DNA of 42,898 bases from Bacteriovoracaceae bacterium (GTDB lineage Bacteria > Bdellovibrionota > Bacteriovoracia > Bacteriovoracales > Bacteriovoracaceae), in NCBI GenBank assembly GCA_018649885.1, contig JABIHA010000099.1:1-42898 (forward strand), in the 5' to 3' direction. Under the pieces are notes generated by a model. That model had not been told where the DNA came from. It was given only the letters and a program-made list of their open reading frames with translations, and did not search any database. Both the position numbers and the translations under genes were made by a program. Shown here in pieces: positions 19,093 through 30,100 of the stretch. The first letter of the stretch is position 1, and the number at the start of each line of letters is the position of its first letter.

Positions 19093-20607
19093 TTGACTGA
19101 TTATTTCACTCAAGATCTGTTAACTCAACTCCGACATGTAAGCATGAACAAATTATCTTTAATCGAAATGATTAATGAGTTGATGGTTATTGCTCCAGAG
19201 GAAGCATTGATTTCAATTGAGTATTTGATTAAAAAATATGGGCTTGAAACAAAGAATGATCGCGCGCGAATATTTAGGTGGTTTCATGACCTTAAGCTTT
19301 CAGAAATTGGAATTAAGTTTTTTAGTATAAAAAAAAGTGATTGTCTTGATTACGATACAAATACAATTGAAGGGGAGAAACTATTCTATTTAATGAGCTA
19401 TCTCAATTTGCGTGGAGCTGGCGATTTTGCTCTAAGCGTAGCAAAGAAAATGAAAGTTCACACGGCCGATGAATACCGTCTTCTTGGTGGAATCCATTTT
19501 ACAAATTTATATTTTGAAGAGTCCATACCATATTTTGAAAAGGCACTAGAGCTTTACATCAAAAAAGATATTGTCATACCCTATGGATTTTTTAATCTCG
19601 TCAATGCTTTGATCTATACTCATCAATTTGAGAGGGCCCATCACTATTTAGAGTTTATGAAAAACAATAAAAAGATCACTCAAAGAAACAAATGGCATAG
19701 AGAGCAAATGGCAGTAATTGAATTATATAAGGGAAACTTCGAAAAATGTTATCAAATGCTTAAGGAATGCGAGCGCATTTGCAATATGACTGAAACAGAA
19801 GGTGAAGATCGCAGTACGGCCTATATTGATTCATTTATTTTCATTACAGCAGTAAAAACAAAAAGAATGAAAGAGGCCAAAAGATATTACATCAGAATCT
19901 ATCGTGATTATTGTGACCAAATACAGTCAAGTTGGGTTACAGTCGGCGAATTATTTTATATTCTCTCTATGGTAAAGGATGAATTTTCAATACCAAATGG
20001 AAATTACAATTTTCTTAAGCTTCACCCGCGTGCCAATGAGCAAACAAATTCTCTTATTCCAGATTTGGGGAACTTCCCAGACGATATAGGAAATGAAAAA
20101 AGTGCTAGAATAAAAATTTATCAGGGAATAAATGAATATTCAATAAGTGGAAAACTTCACTATGGTATCCCCTTGGACTTAAAGTTAATTTCTCTTGTTA
20201 TGAGATCTGACTGGGTTGGCATCACCGTAGGTCGAGTACTTGCCCATTTATGGCCCGACCAGCCTCTTAGTTACTTACATCTCAAAGAAAGGTTGATTCA
20301 GCTTATTCGCAGAATCAAAATAAAGCTTAAAATAGAAATTGTTCAAAAAGGTGTCGTTTTAACTTTAGCTCATCATTCAAAGAAAGAAATTTATGTGAAT
20401 ATTTGCCAAAAACGTTGTCTTTCATTTTTTAATGATCACATTGAATTTAAGCGCTTTGATATTGAAAAGCACTACTCTCTATCTCAAAGCCATAGCTGTA
20501 ATCTTATTTCAATACTTCTTGAAACTGGAGTCATTGAAAAAGTGGGTGGTGGCCGAAATACCTTTTATCGCTATAAAAATTCTCAAGACTCTGAAAAATC
20601 AGCATGA
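19093..20607 (+). CDS. TPR-like helical-repeat protein with C-terminal winged-helix domain(s), putative transcriptional regulator
   Basis: FEESIPYFEKALE-type TPR helices, LW....Y.....RL.QLI.R (OmpR-like wHTH) and terminal GVIEKVGGGRNTFY wing. Confidence 0.65.
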   Translation: MTDYFTQDLLTQLRHVSMNKLSLIEMINELMVIAPEEALISIEYLIKKYGLETKNDRARIFRWFHDLKLSEIGIKFFSIKKSDCLDYDTNTIEGEKLFYLMSYLNLRGAGDFALSVAKKMKVHTADEYRLLGGIHFTNLYFEESIPYFEKALELYIKKDIVIPYGFFNLVNALIYTHQFERAHHYLEFMKNNKKITQRNKWHREQMAVIELYKGNFEKCYQMLKECERICNMTETEGEDRSTAYIDSFIFITAVKTKRMKEAKRYYIRIYRDYCDQIQSSWVTVGELFYILSMVKDEFSIPNGNYNFLKLHPRANEQTNSLIPDLGNFPDDIGNEKSARIKIYQGINEYSISGKLHYGIPLDLKLISLVMRSDWVGITVGRVLAHLWPDQPLSYLHLKERLIQLIRRIKIKLKIEIVQKGVVLTLAHHSKKEIYVNICQKRCLSFFNDHIEFKRFDIEKHYSLSQSHSCNLISILLETGVIEKVGGGRNTFYRYKNSQDSEKSA

Positions 20608-20756
20608 ATTTACCATGGTGAGATTACCCATTGCCAACATCTGTTCCAAGTTCTAAAGACAAAATCCTAAGACAAAGAAAAACTAACACAATAACTCCCT
20701 TATTCTTTTGGTTGTTGCTAGCGGTATTCCACAAAACCCAAAACTTCCTGCAGTAG

Positions 20757-21194
20757 TTAATTGGCACAATTGTCTAGACTAAACTGAGCTTGCAGTACTT
20801 TGGTTCCATCTTCAAGAAACATATGTTCACAATAATTTGATTTAATTTGAGTATCCACTTCTTGGTAGAGATCATTATACTTTGGTATAAAATAACAATT
20901 AAAGGATTCAGTGCTATTCGTGCCGTCATAATCATACTCAGTGGTTTGATAAGTTGTCATAGTGGTGTACTCTTCACTGTCAGTATAAAGAAAATTGGAC
21001 AAATCGACTTGCACAGTGCCTTCAGGATATATTTTTTTATTATTTTCGTAATGTTTAAATTCAAAAACTCCTTTATCTACGATACAACTTTGATGTGTAT
21101 TTGAATCGACAAAATTGACATATAGCCTAATATCTTTTGCAATATGTTCATCAACACAGGCAACTTGAGTAAGTAATAGAATTGATGGCAACAT
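20757..21194 (-). CDS. Hypothetical protein, probable lipoprotein
   Basis: AAGGAGG RBS, short hydrophobic leader ending VAC. Confidence 0.65.
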   Translation of the reverse strand: MLPSILLLTQVACVDEHIAKDIRLYVNFVDSNTHQSCIVDKGVFEFKHYENNKKIYPEGTVQVDLSNFLYTDSEEYTTMTTYQTTEYDYDGTNSTESFNCYFIPKYNDLYQEVDTQIKSNYCEHMFLEDGTKVLQAQFSLDNCAN

Positions 21195-21413
21195 GGTAAA
21201 CCTCCTTCAAGTTTGTAAAACCATAATGTTAATATATTTTAAATTAGCAATAATTGATGTTAAATAAATTGGAAGAATAGAAGGTAAATGATTACCTATT
21301 TAAAATTACACATAGATACTAATAAGTTACAATGCTGCCAAGAACGATTACAGCTACCAATAGTAAATTTTACATTAGGTTTAAGGAATGCGTGCCATGC
21401 TCTTTTGTTTTTG

Positions 21414-22331
21414 TCAAAAAGCGCCATACTCAAACGTGCTTCGACTGCGAGCTTCTTTTTTATATCTTTTGTAGACATTTTTCCATCTTGTAAAAGAAGG
21501 GAAAACTCTGAGAACCTTTCCTCGGTTTTCTGAAAAATTTGATATAATGGCACCAATTCCAACACCTCGAAAACCGAAGATGTCGAGTCCCTGGTCTATA
21601 TCTGGATTTGCTGCAAAAATAGCAGTGCCAACGACTCCAACTCTATAACTTCCAAAGCCACTATCCCAAGATCCAATCACCTTTTTTCTATTTCTTCCAA
21701 AATTGGTCAATTCCTTTCTGCCGGAAACACTGACAGAACCTCCTAACCCCAAAGAAAATTCTCCATGAACTCCAATTACTGCGGGATACACTTTGCCATT
21801 AGTTCCTGTGCAAACTCCTATTTCTAATCCTCCCACTAATGACATCACAATTCCTAAACTCAGTTCTAAGGTTCCCAAATGGCAATAAATTCGTGGTGCA
21901 TAGTAGTTGATCAAGGTTTTCGCAAATTGTTTTTCAAACTGACCAGTGGAAACAAATTCATCATACAAAGCATATTTTGCTTCATGAATACTGCGCCAAT
22001 TTTTTGATTCTTTCACTATAAGACTCTTAGATTTTAAACTTTCCTTTATGCATTCATTATTTAATTTAACCAATACTTCCTTATTGTGCTGTTGGTTCCA
22101 ACTAGATTGCAAAATATTCATTAGTTTCTTAATCGTTGGTAAATAATTGGGATGTATTTTGTCGTTAGTCTTCTTGCCTTTTATATTTCTATAAAAAGGT
22201 AAAAATCCTTCTTGTTCAACAATTCCCCGTACACATTTATTAATTTTATTTAGTGCTTTTTTATTTGCTATCTTTGAAAAAACTTGATTAGAAAGTAAAA
22301 TGCACAATAGGATAACGCAGATTTTTTTCAT
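21414..22331 (-). CDS. Secreted hypothetical protein with Gly-rich hydrophobic region
   Basis: 305-aa ORF, signal peptide, ATGA overlap with the upstream gene. Confidence 0.75.
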   Translation of the reverse strand: MKKICVILLCILLSNQVFSKIANKKALNKINKCVRGIVEQEGFLPFYRNIKGKKTNDKIHPNYLPTIKKLMNILQSSWNQQHNKEVLVKLNNECIKESLKSKSLIVKESKNWRSIHEAKYALYDEFVSTGQFEKQFAKTLINYYAPRIYCHLGTLELSLGIVMSLVGGLEIGVCTGTNGKVYPAVIGVHGEFSLGLGGSVSVSGRKELTNFGRNRKKVIGSWDSGFGSYRVGVVGTAIFAANPDIDQGLDIFGFRGVGIGAIISNFSENRGKVLRVFPSFTRWKNVYKRYKKEARSRSTFEYGAF

Positions 22332-22831
22332 AGACTGTTCTTTTCACAGTTGATAGTGACTTCTTGACCTAGTAATTTCATTTTGACCTCAAGGGCGGAT
22401 TCCTTGGTAACTCTAATTTTGATTGTTGAATCTTCGAGTAGATCAGAATTTTCAATTTTATATAATTCGAATTCGTCGTTTGAAATGATCGTCCCATCGT
22501 TTTTAAATCTCCCATTTGTCAAATTGAGTTCTAATACCGATGAATGGCAGCTAGGAGTAGTATCAAATTTAATTTGGACATCTTCTTGAAGGGAAGTTTG
22601 AACAGTTGTTTTTTCATTCTCATTAATTTTCCATTCACCTTGAGGGTAGATGAATGTGAACTGGGTGACTTTATTAACTATTTTAGTTGTAATATTTAAT
22701 ATTCGAGGAGCACCCAGTATTGAATTTATCATTGCATCACCAGATGTGCAAAGTTTATAGTCCCCAGAAAGTTCAGGGCACGCTAGGGCGGACGTAGAGA
22801 CGAAAAGTAATAGAATTCGGCATAAATGCAT
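22328..22831 (-). CDS. Secreted hypothetical protein (ACP.LSG.Y..C N-terminus)
   Basis: GAGGAG RBS, signal peptide ending ALA. Confidence 0.75.
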   Translation of the reverse strand: MHLCRILLLFVSTSALACPELSGDYKLCTSGDAMINSILGAPRILNITTKIVNKVTQFTFIYPQGEWKINENEKTTVQTSLQEDVQIKFDTTPSCHSSVLELNLTNGRFKNDGTIISNDEFELYKIENSDLLEDSTIKIRVTKESALEVKMKLLGQEVTINCEKNSL

Positions 22832-23167
22832 ATATTCTCCTCAGATGTTCTATGGATTACTTATTACATAGTTAAAAAAATATTGCGAACCACCAATTAT
22901 AATGTAGATCAAAATTACAAATTTCATTCTGTTTTGATAACAGTGTTACCTCTAGTATTTTAATTAGAATTAACTATTTTTTTGATCCTGAAAAATATTC
23001 TCAAAATTGACCATGACTATTTTCATTCTTTTATGTGGGAATGTTATCAATTATGAATCTCTTAAGGGAAAAGATTTTAAAAACTTCCAATAATTTTTAT
23101 TAATTATATCAAGTCATGGTAATTTTGATTGAATTTAAAAAATATTCATCTGAAAAAGGAAAATATT

Positions 23168-23980
23168 ATGAAGTTATTACTAATTCTTTTCGTAGCAGTT
23201 CTATTAAATATTAGTCGACCATTACTTGCCGATGATGACTTAGTCTATCAGCAGGATGAATTAAAGGATACTATTCAACGCTGCCTTGACTACCACAATG
23301 GTAATAACAACGGGTATAGCGAGTCAGAAGGAAAAGTTTTTTGTATAAATCTCGGAGATTTTTTTCTCTATGGAATAAATATTCGAAAGGATGGTGGACG
23401 TTATAAAAAATATTTTCTCGAATATATGAATGAAGTAGGGACCAGGGAATTCGATGAAATTGTAGCAATTATGATCAAATCCAAAATGGCATTAAAACAA
23501 AAGAAAAAGGTGTTTGGAAAGTATGACCGATTCTTTAGATTATTTTTTGATGTTAGGTATAATAGTAAAATTAGTCATTTAAAGGACCTAGTATTTTTCA
23601 AGAATACTCTAGAATTTAATAAATCAATTAATGATTTTACAATTGAACAAATCAAAGAAATTTATTCATTATTAACACAAGAAAATAATACTACAGAAGT
23701 TGTTCTTCAAAAGTTTAACTCAATTTTTCAATACGATGGCCCGGATATTGGATCGAATGAGGTTATTACAAAATCTACTTATGACTATATTCTTAAAAGG
23801 CGTACGGGGTTATTTTCTATTTCATCAGCATCCATTGATATCTACCTAGCTTTATTAAAAGACCATGCCACTAAGAATCTCAGTGTTGAAAAACTAAAAA
23901 AAATAATATTCTCTTTGGTTGAAAATAAAAAATTTGAAATATCCAGTGCCGATATTAAATCCATGATTTCAGGGAACTAA
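23168..23980 (+). CDS. Secreted hypothetical protein
   Basis: AAGGA RBS, signal peptide, very AT-rich. Confidence 0.7.
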   Translation: MKLLLILFVAVLLNISRPLLADDDLVYQQDELKDTIQRCLDYHNGNNNGYSESEGKVFCINLGDFFLYGINIRKDGGRYKKYFLEYMNEVGTREFDEIVAIMIKSKMALKQKKKVFGKYDRFFRLFFDVRYNSKISHLKDLVFFKNTLEFNKSINDFTIEQIKEIYSLLTQENNTTEVVLQKFNSIFQYDGPDIGSNEVITKSTYDYILKRRTGLFSISSASIDIYLALLKDHATKNLSVEKLKKIIFSLVENKKFEISSADIKSMISGN

Positions 23981-24306
23981 ATAAATGGAGAACCGTTAAG
24001 GTTAGCCTTCGCCTGGGCCGTTGAAGGCGGCACTTGAGCTTATCGAGAGGGGGAGTTGTGGTACTAATCTTACTTTAACTTACCCTATCCTATCCGAGCA
24101 GGGTCTTAACCTGAAGCCCTTTCACTATTCCATGGAGAAGTTCCTTCAAATGTGGGAGTCTTTTGAAAAACGAGCAGGAGTTACTCTATCACCTTCAAAA
24201 CTATCCCAATTCAAATAGTGGAGAAAATGATCAAAATTATTTCCAACATCTGTACCGGAAAATGCATGTTGAGTTGAAATTTAGAAAGTAAGTAAGGTCA
24301 AAGAAT

Positions 24307-25155
24307 TTAACTTGATGACGAAATCGCCTCTGTTAATGGGAAAAGTTGAATATTCAGTTGATAAGTGTCACTACCTTGATCTTCATCAAATTCACTATTT
24401 ATCATTCTTTTAAACTTAGAGATAACTTCCCCAAGTCGATGGTAATTTTCTTTTTTGATAGTTAAGGTAAGGCCAGATATTTCACGCTCAGTTACATCAA
24501 TCGTATCCAGTGCATCTTTTGCATTTTCAATCATTTGTTTATGAAATGTTCTTCTGGCGATATTAAGAAGATTGCTTGCCGAGTATACATATTCTGAGTT
24601 TTGAATTAATTTCCCAAATTCATTTCTGACCAAGACCTTGAGGTCAGTTAATCTATTGAGAGCGAATTTTACGTCATTAACACTAACTTTTGATCTCAGA
24701 CGATTTTGAATCCAAATGGGGTCTTCAGCAAAATCAGCAAGGTTAACCATTTCTTTTATGGCAATAAAATACCAATCTGAAATACTAGAAAACTGCAATT
24801 CATCAAGAAAGAGTCCTATCTTTTCAGGACTTAGGTGAACCAGTTTTTCTATAGCATTTAGGTGCGAGGAACGTGATTTCTTGCCTTTTTCGAATAATAC
24901 TAAGGTTTCAAAGTAATTGATCTCATCATGGTTGAATTTAAAGTAAGTACAAAGTTTTTGGCAAAGTACTTTCCCTGGATTTCGATGGCCATTGACAACA
25001 TTTGTAATCACCGAAGGTCCGGCCACTCCTATTGCCTTGGCCCATTGACGATAGCTGAAGTAGGGGTGCTTTTCCTTTTTCAGCCGAAAGTGGTCTGTTA
25101 GTACCTTTCTATAATCACGGTATTTAAATAGCTCTTGTGTTTCCATAGGCACCAT
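24307..25155 (-). CDS. TIGR02147 family (HTH plus DUF4423) putative regulator
   Basis: DYR..L......K...P.FSYR..A, V.NG.RN, WY..AI.E, FH.QMI..A..AL......RE.SGLT, YQLNIQLFPLT. Confidence 0.9.
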   Translation of the reverse strand: MVPMETQELFKYRDYRKVLTDHFRLKKEKHPYFSYRQWAKAIGVAGPSVITNVVNGHRNPGKVLCQKLCTYFKFNHDEINYFETLVLFEKGKKSRSSHLNAIEKLVHLSPEKIGLFLDELQFSSISDWYFIAIKEMVNLADFAEDPIWIQNRLRSKVSVNDVKFALNRLTDLKVLVRNEFGKLIQNSEYVYSASNLLNIARRTFHKQMIENAKDALDTIDVTEREISGLTLTIKKENYHRLGEVISKFKRMINSEFDEDQGSDTYQLNIQLFPLTEAISSSS

Positions 25156-25260
25156 AATAGCTCAGTAATGAGCTTAGGCGTTATGGAATGTTATCAAAAT
25201 GGAAAATTTTCAGCTTCAATTTTGATAACATGTATTTTTTTCACACTATAGAGATGTTAT

Positions 25261-25809
25261 TTAGATTTCGTGAAGAATACTAAAAGAGAAGTATTGGTAC
25301 TCAGCACCATCTTTGTATCTAAAATAAAGATTAACAAACTTATCATCACCCCAGTTGTCGGCATTGACAGTCACGACGAGAATATTTTGAACACCGCTCA
25401 GTGATCTTTGTAAAAGCTTGGTGGTTTCTCCCACACACAAGCTATAAGCATCCTCGGGATTCATCTCCCATGCGTCTTTAACATTCTTTAGGGCACCACA
25501 GAAAAAAGGCGTCCAATCTTTGTTAGGAATAAGATATTTTTCAACAATTTCTTTTGCAGGCATATCAGATCTAAGCATTTGTGCTTGGATGTTACGAAGT
25601 GTTTCAGGGAACTGAAGTGCAACCTTTGCAACGATAATGCCGGTAGGCAAACCGTATTCTTGACTGGTTGTCTCTGAGCCAAATTTTAGAAAGTAATCAT
25701 CTTGTTGTGAATCAGGGATAACAAGTTCTTCAAAAGCTTTGTAGGCAAAAAGGTCTGCAAAGGCCATTTGCCCCCACAAACTCAATGTCAGTAAGATGGC
25801 GAGTTTCAT
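25261..25809 (-). CDS. Secreted hypothetical protein
   Basis: AGGAG RBS, signal peptide ending AFA. Confidence 0.75.
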   Translation of the reverse strand: MKLAILLTLSLWGQMAFADLFAYKAFEELVIPDSQQDDYFLKFGSETTSQEYGLPTGIIVAKVALQFPETLRNIQAQMLRSDMPAKEIVEKYLIPNKDWTPFFCGALKNVKDAWEMNPEDAYSLCVGETTKLLQRSLSGVQNILVVTVNADNWGDDKFVNLYFRYKDGAEYQYFSFSILHEI

Positions 25810-26098
25810 ATACTTCTCCTATTTGAGTTGGTTTTAGTGTCTTGGATCGAAGATAGAAAAAGAAAAACGCCGCTACTAGTGCAAATGGAAAAATTACTAA
25901 TTGTTTCGTTAAATGTTCACAAACTTGATAACGAAAACCTAAATTTAGATAAAGTAGCGATAGAAACCCTGCGTTGAACATCTCTGGTCGAAATAATTGA
26001 GGTTGCAACACACTTTTCTATGAAGCAAAGAAAAAGTTTTGGACATGCGAAACCAAAAGAGCATGGCACCCTTTTTCTTTTTGATAGGTGCCAACATT

Positions 26099-28627
26099 TC
26101 AAACATGCCTCTTCATTCTAACAGGCCTTGAATTAGCTGGATCATCTGGCCAGTAGTGTCTCGGATAGCGTGGGCGTAAATCATTTCGAAGTAACTCCCA
26201 AGAAGCTCCCCAGAGCGAGGGCAAGTTATGTGCATTTTGAATCACTTTATTAGCAGGAGAAAGCAATTTAAACAAAATGGGTATTTCCCCATTTGCAATA
26301 CTCGGGTGTTCTTTAACTCCAAAAAGATCTTGAATACGTGCTTGAATAAAGGGAATATCTTCAAGATATTCGATGGTAAATGTTTTGCCGTTGCCAAGTG
26401 TGATTTGGAGTGGAACTTCAGTGTCTAATACGTATTGATCTTGTGGTGATAATTGATCTTGTATTAATTTTACTATCCCGCGTTTTTGTAAATCTTGATA
26501 TCCAGTATCAGGCTTAATACTGGCCTCAATAAATAACTCAAACATTTCACCTGTAAACTCTGGGCAATGGTGTTCAATGCCTGCTTGGTTTAAAAATGTT
26601 ACTCGTTTATTATATTCCTCAAATTTATGATCATCTTCAAAAGGCCATGGCCAGTTTGATTGCATTAACTGAGCAAGAGCTTTTCCCTTAGGAATAACTG
26701 GTGGCTGAGTAGTTGTTGAAAGCGTAAGGTTTCCATATTTTCTGATCGTAGAAAGGGTAAGGGAACCTTTTTTTTCATTAAAAGTACTCTCTTGTGCTGT
26801 AGATAAAAAATTTGAATTTGTATTTTCTAAATATTTTATTGTGATCTTAGAAGCGGTAACAATACTCGTTGCTATTGCGGCATTGGCCTTTGGATTTTCA
26901 AGCGCATCTAAAACAATGATAAATTCAGGAAGGCTTGTAGATAGAGCAGAATTAGAAGTTAGTTTTCCACCACGTCCCATACAAAAATTATAACTCTCTT
27001 GTTTCTTACCTTTTTTGACTACCTTTCGTTTTGCAGCAACACGGTCCGGATATCCGGACAAGAGTGCTAGACTTAGATCACTTAAGCTAGTTTTCTCTTT
27101 AGATATTTGATTTCCCAGTTTTAACCTTTTACTTAATGACTGGTAGAGTTCTATTACACGTTTATAGGCCCGCATATCAAGCATATGTAACTCGTAATCA
27201 CTTAGCTCAACATTGCGCCAGTAATTCGCCTTGATAAGGTCTAATTGCAGGCAGATATCACAAAACTCGTTTTCATCATCTGCATAGAACTTTGCTTGAC
27301 TAGATAGAACCATACCTTCATTGATGGTACAGACAGCGAGTAGGATATCATTTAATTTGGGGTGTCCTTGTGCTTTAAAGAGCATTGCTCCAAGTCTTGG
27401 ATGAAGCGGTAGCTTTGCTAAGTATTTTCCAAGCTCTGTTATCTTTTGGTCTTTAAGGGCACCTAAGATATTTAAAAGCTCAAGTGCTTTGTCTAAATTT
27501 TTTTGTTCCGGTAATTCAAACCAATTAAGTTCTTCTGGGTTATGGCCTAAATCTATTAGGTCCAGAATATAGTGGGAGAGTTCCACCCGTATGATTTCGG
27601 GAGGAGTAAAGCTTGTCCGCTGTGAGAAATCATTTTGGTGATAGGTTCTAAAAACTAGACCGTTTTGAACTCGGCCGGCACGACCTGCTCTTTGAGTAGC
27701 GCTGGCCTTTGAAATTTTTTCAAGTTGTAATAGGGGCATGCCACTCCACGGTGCAAAGCTGGCCCTTCTTTCCGTTCCGGTATCAATAACACCTGTAATA
27801 TTTGGAATTGTAAGTGAAGTCTCAGCTATATTTGTGGAGAGAATAATTTTTCTACTCTCACCAACAAAGGCCTTATTTTGATCTTTTTTCGGTAAGGTTG
27901 AGTGCAGGAGAACAATTTCGATATCTTTTGGTGCGAGATTTTTTAATTGATCTTGTAAGCTGCGAATAGCTCCCATTCCTGGTAGAAAAACTAAAATGTT
28001 TCGAGGGCAACGAGGGTCATGAAGCATCTCAATAACTGCATCCTGAGTCTCTATCTCATGATTTTCAATTTCAATTGGAAAGACTCTTCCTGGTACATTA
28101 AAAAGTTTTACTCCAGTCAAATACTTCTCTAGCTTTGTTGTATCTAAAGTGGCTGACATAACAATCAACTTTAAATCTGGTCTAGTTGTAGCTTGTAATT
28201 TTCTAATTAAGCATAAAGCGGTATCAGTGTGAATGCTGCGTTCATGAAACTCATCGAGAATTACCATGCTGTATTTACTAAGAGTAGGATCTTCTCGCAA
28301 ATAGGAGAGAAATAGACCCTCGGTGATAAAAAGAAGTCTTGTAACTGAACTTGTGATTTTATCAAATCGAATGTGATGTCCTACCAAAGTTCCAAGTTTT
28401 GTATCAAGGGTTTGAGCACATCTTTCAGCAGATAATTTGGCCGCTAATCTTCTAGGTTCTAAAACTAAAACTTTACCTGGTGTTTTTGAAATTAGGTAAG
28501 GTGGCAGACGAGTTGTCTTTCCAGCTCCAGTTTCGGCCTTTATTAAAAGACATGAGTTGCTGGACAGCGATTTGGTAATAGTCTCAAGCTGTTGATCTAT
28601 TGGGAATTTATTTGGTTCTAGTTGCAC
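26099..28627 (-). CDS. hrpB: ATP-dependent RNA helicase HrpB
   Basis: GAGKTT, EPRRLAA, DEFHER, MSAT, TNIAETSLTI, QRAGRAGR, C-terminal LLSPA...RYPRHYWPDDP. Confidence 0.95.
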   Translation of the reverse strand: MQLEPNKFPIDQQLETITKSLSSNSCLLIKAETGAGKTTRLPPYLISKTPGKVLVLEPRRLAAKLSAERCAQTLDTKLGTLVGHHIRFDKITSSVTRLLFITEGLFLSYLREDPTLSKYSMVILDEFHERSIHTDTALCLIRKLQATTRPDLKLIVMSATLDTTKLEKYLTGVKLFNVPGRVFPIEIENHEIETQDAVIEMLHDPRCPRNILVFLPGMGAIRSLQDQLKNLAPKDIEIVLLHSTLPKKDQNKAFVGESRKIILSTNIAETSLTIPNITGVIDTGTERRASFAPWSGMPLLQLEKISKASATQRAGRAGRVQNGLVFRTYHQNDFSQRTSFTPPEIIRVELSHYILDLIDLGHNPEELNWFELPEQKNLDKALELLNILGALKDQKITELGKYLAKLPLHPRLGAMLFKAQGHPKLNDILLAVCTINEGMVLSSQAKFYADDENEFCDICLQLDLIKANYWRNVELSDYELHMLDMRAYKRVIELYQSLSKRLKLGNQISKEKTSLSDLSLALLSGYPDRVAAKRKVVKKGKKQESYNFCMGRGGKLTSNSALSTSLPEFIIVLDALENPKANAAIATSIVTASKITIKYLENTNSNFLSTAQESTFNEKKGSLTLSTIRKYGNLTLSTTTQPPVIPKGKALAQLMQSNWPWPFEDDHKFEEYNKRVTFLNQAGIEHHCPEFTGEMFELFIEASIKPDTGYQDLQKRGIVKLIQDQLSPQDQYVLDTEVPLQITLGNGKTFTIEYLEDIPFIQARIQDLFGVKEHPSIANGEIPILFKLLSPANKVIQNAHNLPSLWGASWELLRNDLRPRYPRHYWPDDPANSRPVRMKRHV

Positions 28628-28742
28628 AAAGTATTTTATTGAAGTTTACTTCATTTGTAAAAGCGATTCACGGATTATTTGGAATTTAGGTGCCAACACC
28701 TGAGACAAATGCTGGCACCTTTTTCGTGGTATTTTCTGTGAG

Positions 28743-29393
28743 CTATAATTTAGACGTAATACCTCTTGCCAATCTGCCGGCGAAGGTTTCTTTTGTATCG
28801 CATCCAAGAACATCAAATGTGTCCATCCAATTAACGACACCGTCAATTATATATGTGGATTTTTGAGCAGACTCCCTAGTATAGATAAAGCGAGTCAGGC
28901 CATTGGGGCAGAAATCTAAACCGTAGACGGTAATAAAGTCTTGGTTCTCCTGAGGATCATGAAAAACTTTCTTTAGAGTCGGAAATAAATGTTCATTTAT
29001 AGTAAGCATCCCACACCGCATACTTTTTACTCTGCAATTTTCTCTATCAATATCTCTAATGCTTAGAGGAGCTATGTGCGAGGGGGGATCACCCTCGCTA
29101 CGTATTTTCGTTGGAAACTTGCTAGAATTCCTTCCAAAATTCCTGCCCGGATCAACTAGTTCACTGCCAGGGGGGCGATCACTTTCGTCAACTTCGTAAT
29201 AGAATTTCGAATCACCCCATTTCTTTGATGTACACACAACCACTTTAAAATCGTCTTGTATTTGGCAAGGGGGGATTTTTTCAACTTTATAAGATTTCTC
29301 AGTTTCAAAGTATAGGTATGAATCACTATTGGCCCAGCAAAGTGAGGAAAAAGTTGATATTATAATCAAAAATGTAATTTTATGATAACTCAT
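28743..29393 (-). CDS. Secreted hypothetical protein
   Basis: 216-aa ORF with signal peptide. Confidence 0.7.
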   Translation of the reverse strand: MSYHKITFLIIISTFSSLCWANSDSYLYFETEKSYKVEKIPPCQIQDDFKVVVCTSKKWGDSKFYYEVDESDRPPGSELVDPGRNFGRNSSKFPTKIRSEGDPPSHIAPLSIRDIDRENCRVKSMRCGMLTINEHLFPTLKKVFHDPQENQDFITVYGLDFCPNGLTRFIYTRESAQKSTYIIDGVVNWMDTFDVLGCDTKETFAGRLARGITSKL

Positions 29394-29554
29394 AGGTACC
29401 CCCCGATATTTATTTAATATTTATTATCCAAATAAATCTGCTTAATCCTCTGAGGATGTCAATCCTAAATCATCGCAACTTACTTCTTGAGCAAGGGCAG
29501 ACTCTTCAGCACCACAAAGATAGACTCTAAGATAACCTAGGCGTTCAGCTTTGC

Positions 29555-30100
29555 TCATGCTGGCCGCTCTTGTCTAAGGAAGTTCCCTTTGCGATATCTC
29601 ATTAATCTATAAAAATCAAGCCCACTTTGGTACCTGTTGCTAAAGTATTCTTTTTTATCAAGCAGATATAATTCCCTAGCTGTTGCTTCATGGAATTCTT
29701 CGTTGGGGCACTGCTTAGACCCAAAAACTTCGTGACCCAGGAGTGTGATATCGCTGATTGCTGGAAGGACCAACAAGCTTGACTCTGGATCATACCAAAT
29801 CTCTCGTTTTCTCCTGCGTTGGACCAGTTCAAAAGTTGGTCTTGCTTGAGGAGGCATATTGTCTTGGCAGGCTGCAATACTGCTACTTAAGAGATCTCCC
29901 ATTAAAATTGCTTCTTCACTACCACAGTCTGAAATTAAAAGGGTGGCGGTCCAAAGCTTTCTATATTTATATTCCCTACGTTCTTTTTCTTGACGATGTT
30001 CCTTTTCATGATCAGATCCTGGATGAGAAAAAACATTGGAAACAATGAATGTACTAAATAATAAGAAAAGGACGCCCGATTGATGAGTTAGTATTTGCAT
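29555..30100 (-). CDS. Secreted hypothetical protein
   Basis: Signal peptide followed by HPGSDH. GGGG RBS before ATG 30100. Confidence 0.6.
   Translation of the reverse strand: MQILTHQSGVLFLLFSTFIVSNVFSHPGSDHEKEHRQEKERREYKYRKLWTATLLISDCGSEEAILMGDLLSSSIAACQDNMPPQARPTFELVQRRRKREIWYDPESSLLVLPAISDITLLGHEVFGSKQCPNEEFHEATARELYLLDKKEYFSNRYQSGLDFYRLMRYRKGNFLRQERPA

Noticed and set aside
23984..24218. Possible SRPBCC-domain gene scrap (EPLRLAFAW... ELIERG..GTNLTLT across a frameshift)
   Set aside because: The resemblance is too short and weak to call without a profile search.
26020..26070. MKQRKSFGHAKPKEHG as the N-terminus of a Y1/RAYT transposase
   Set aside because: Only 16 codons with no HUH or Tyr motif. 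The similarity may come from the repeat motif itself.
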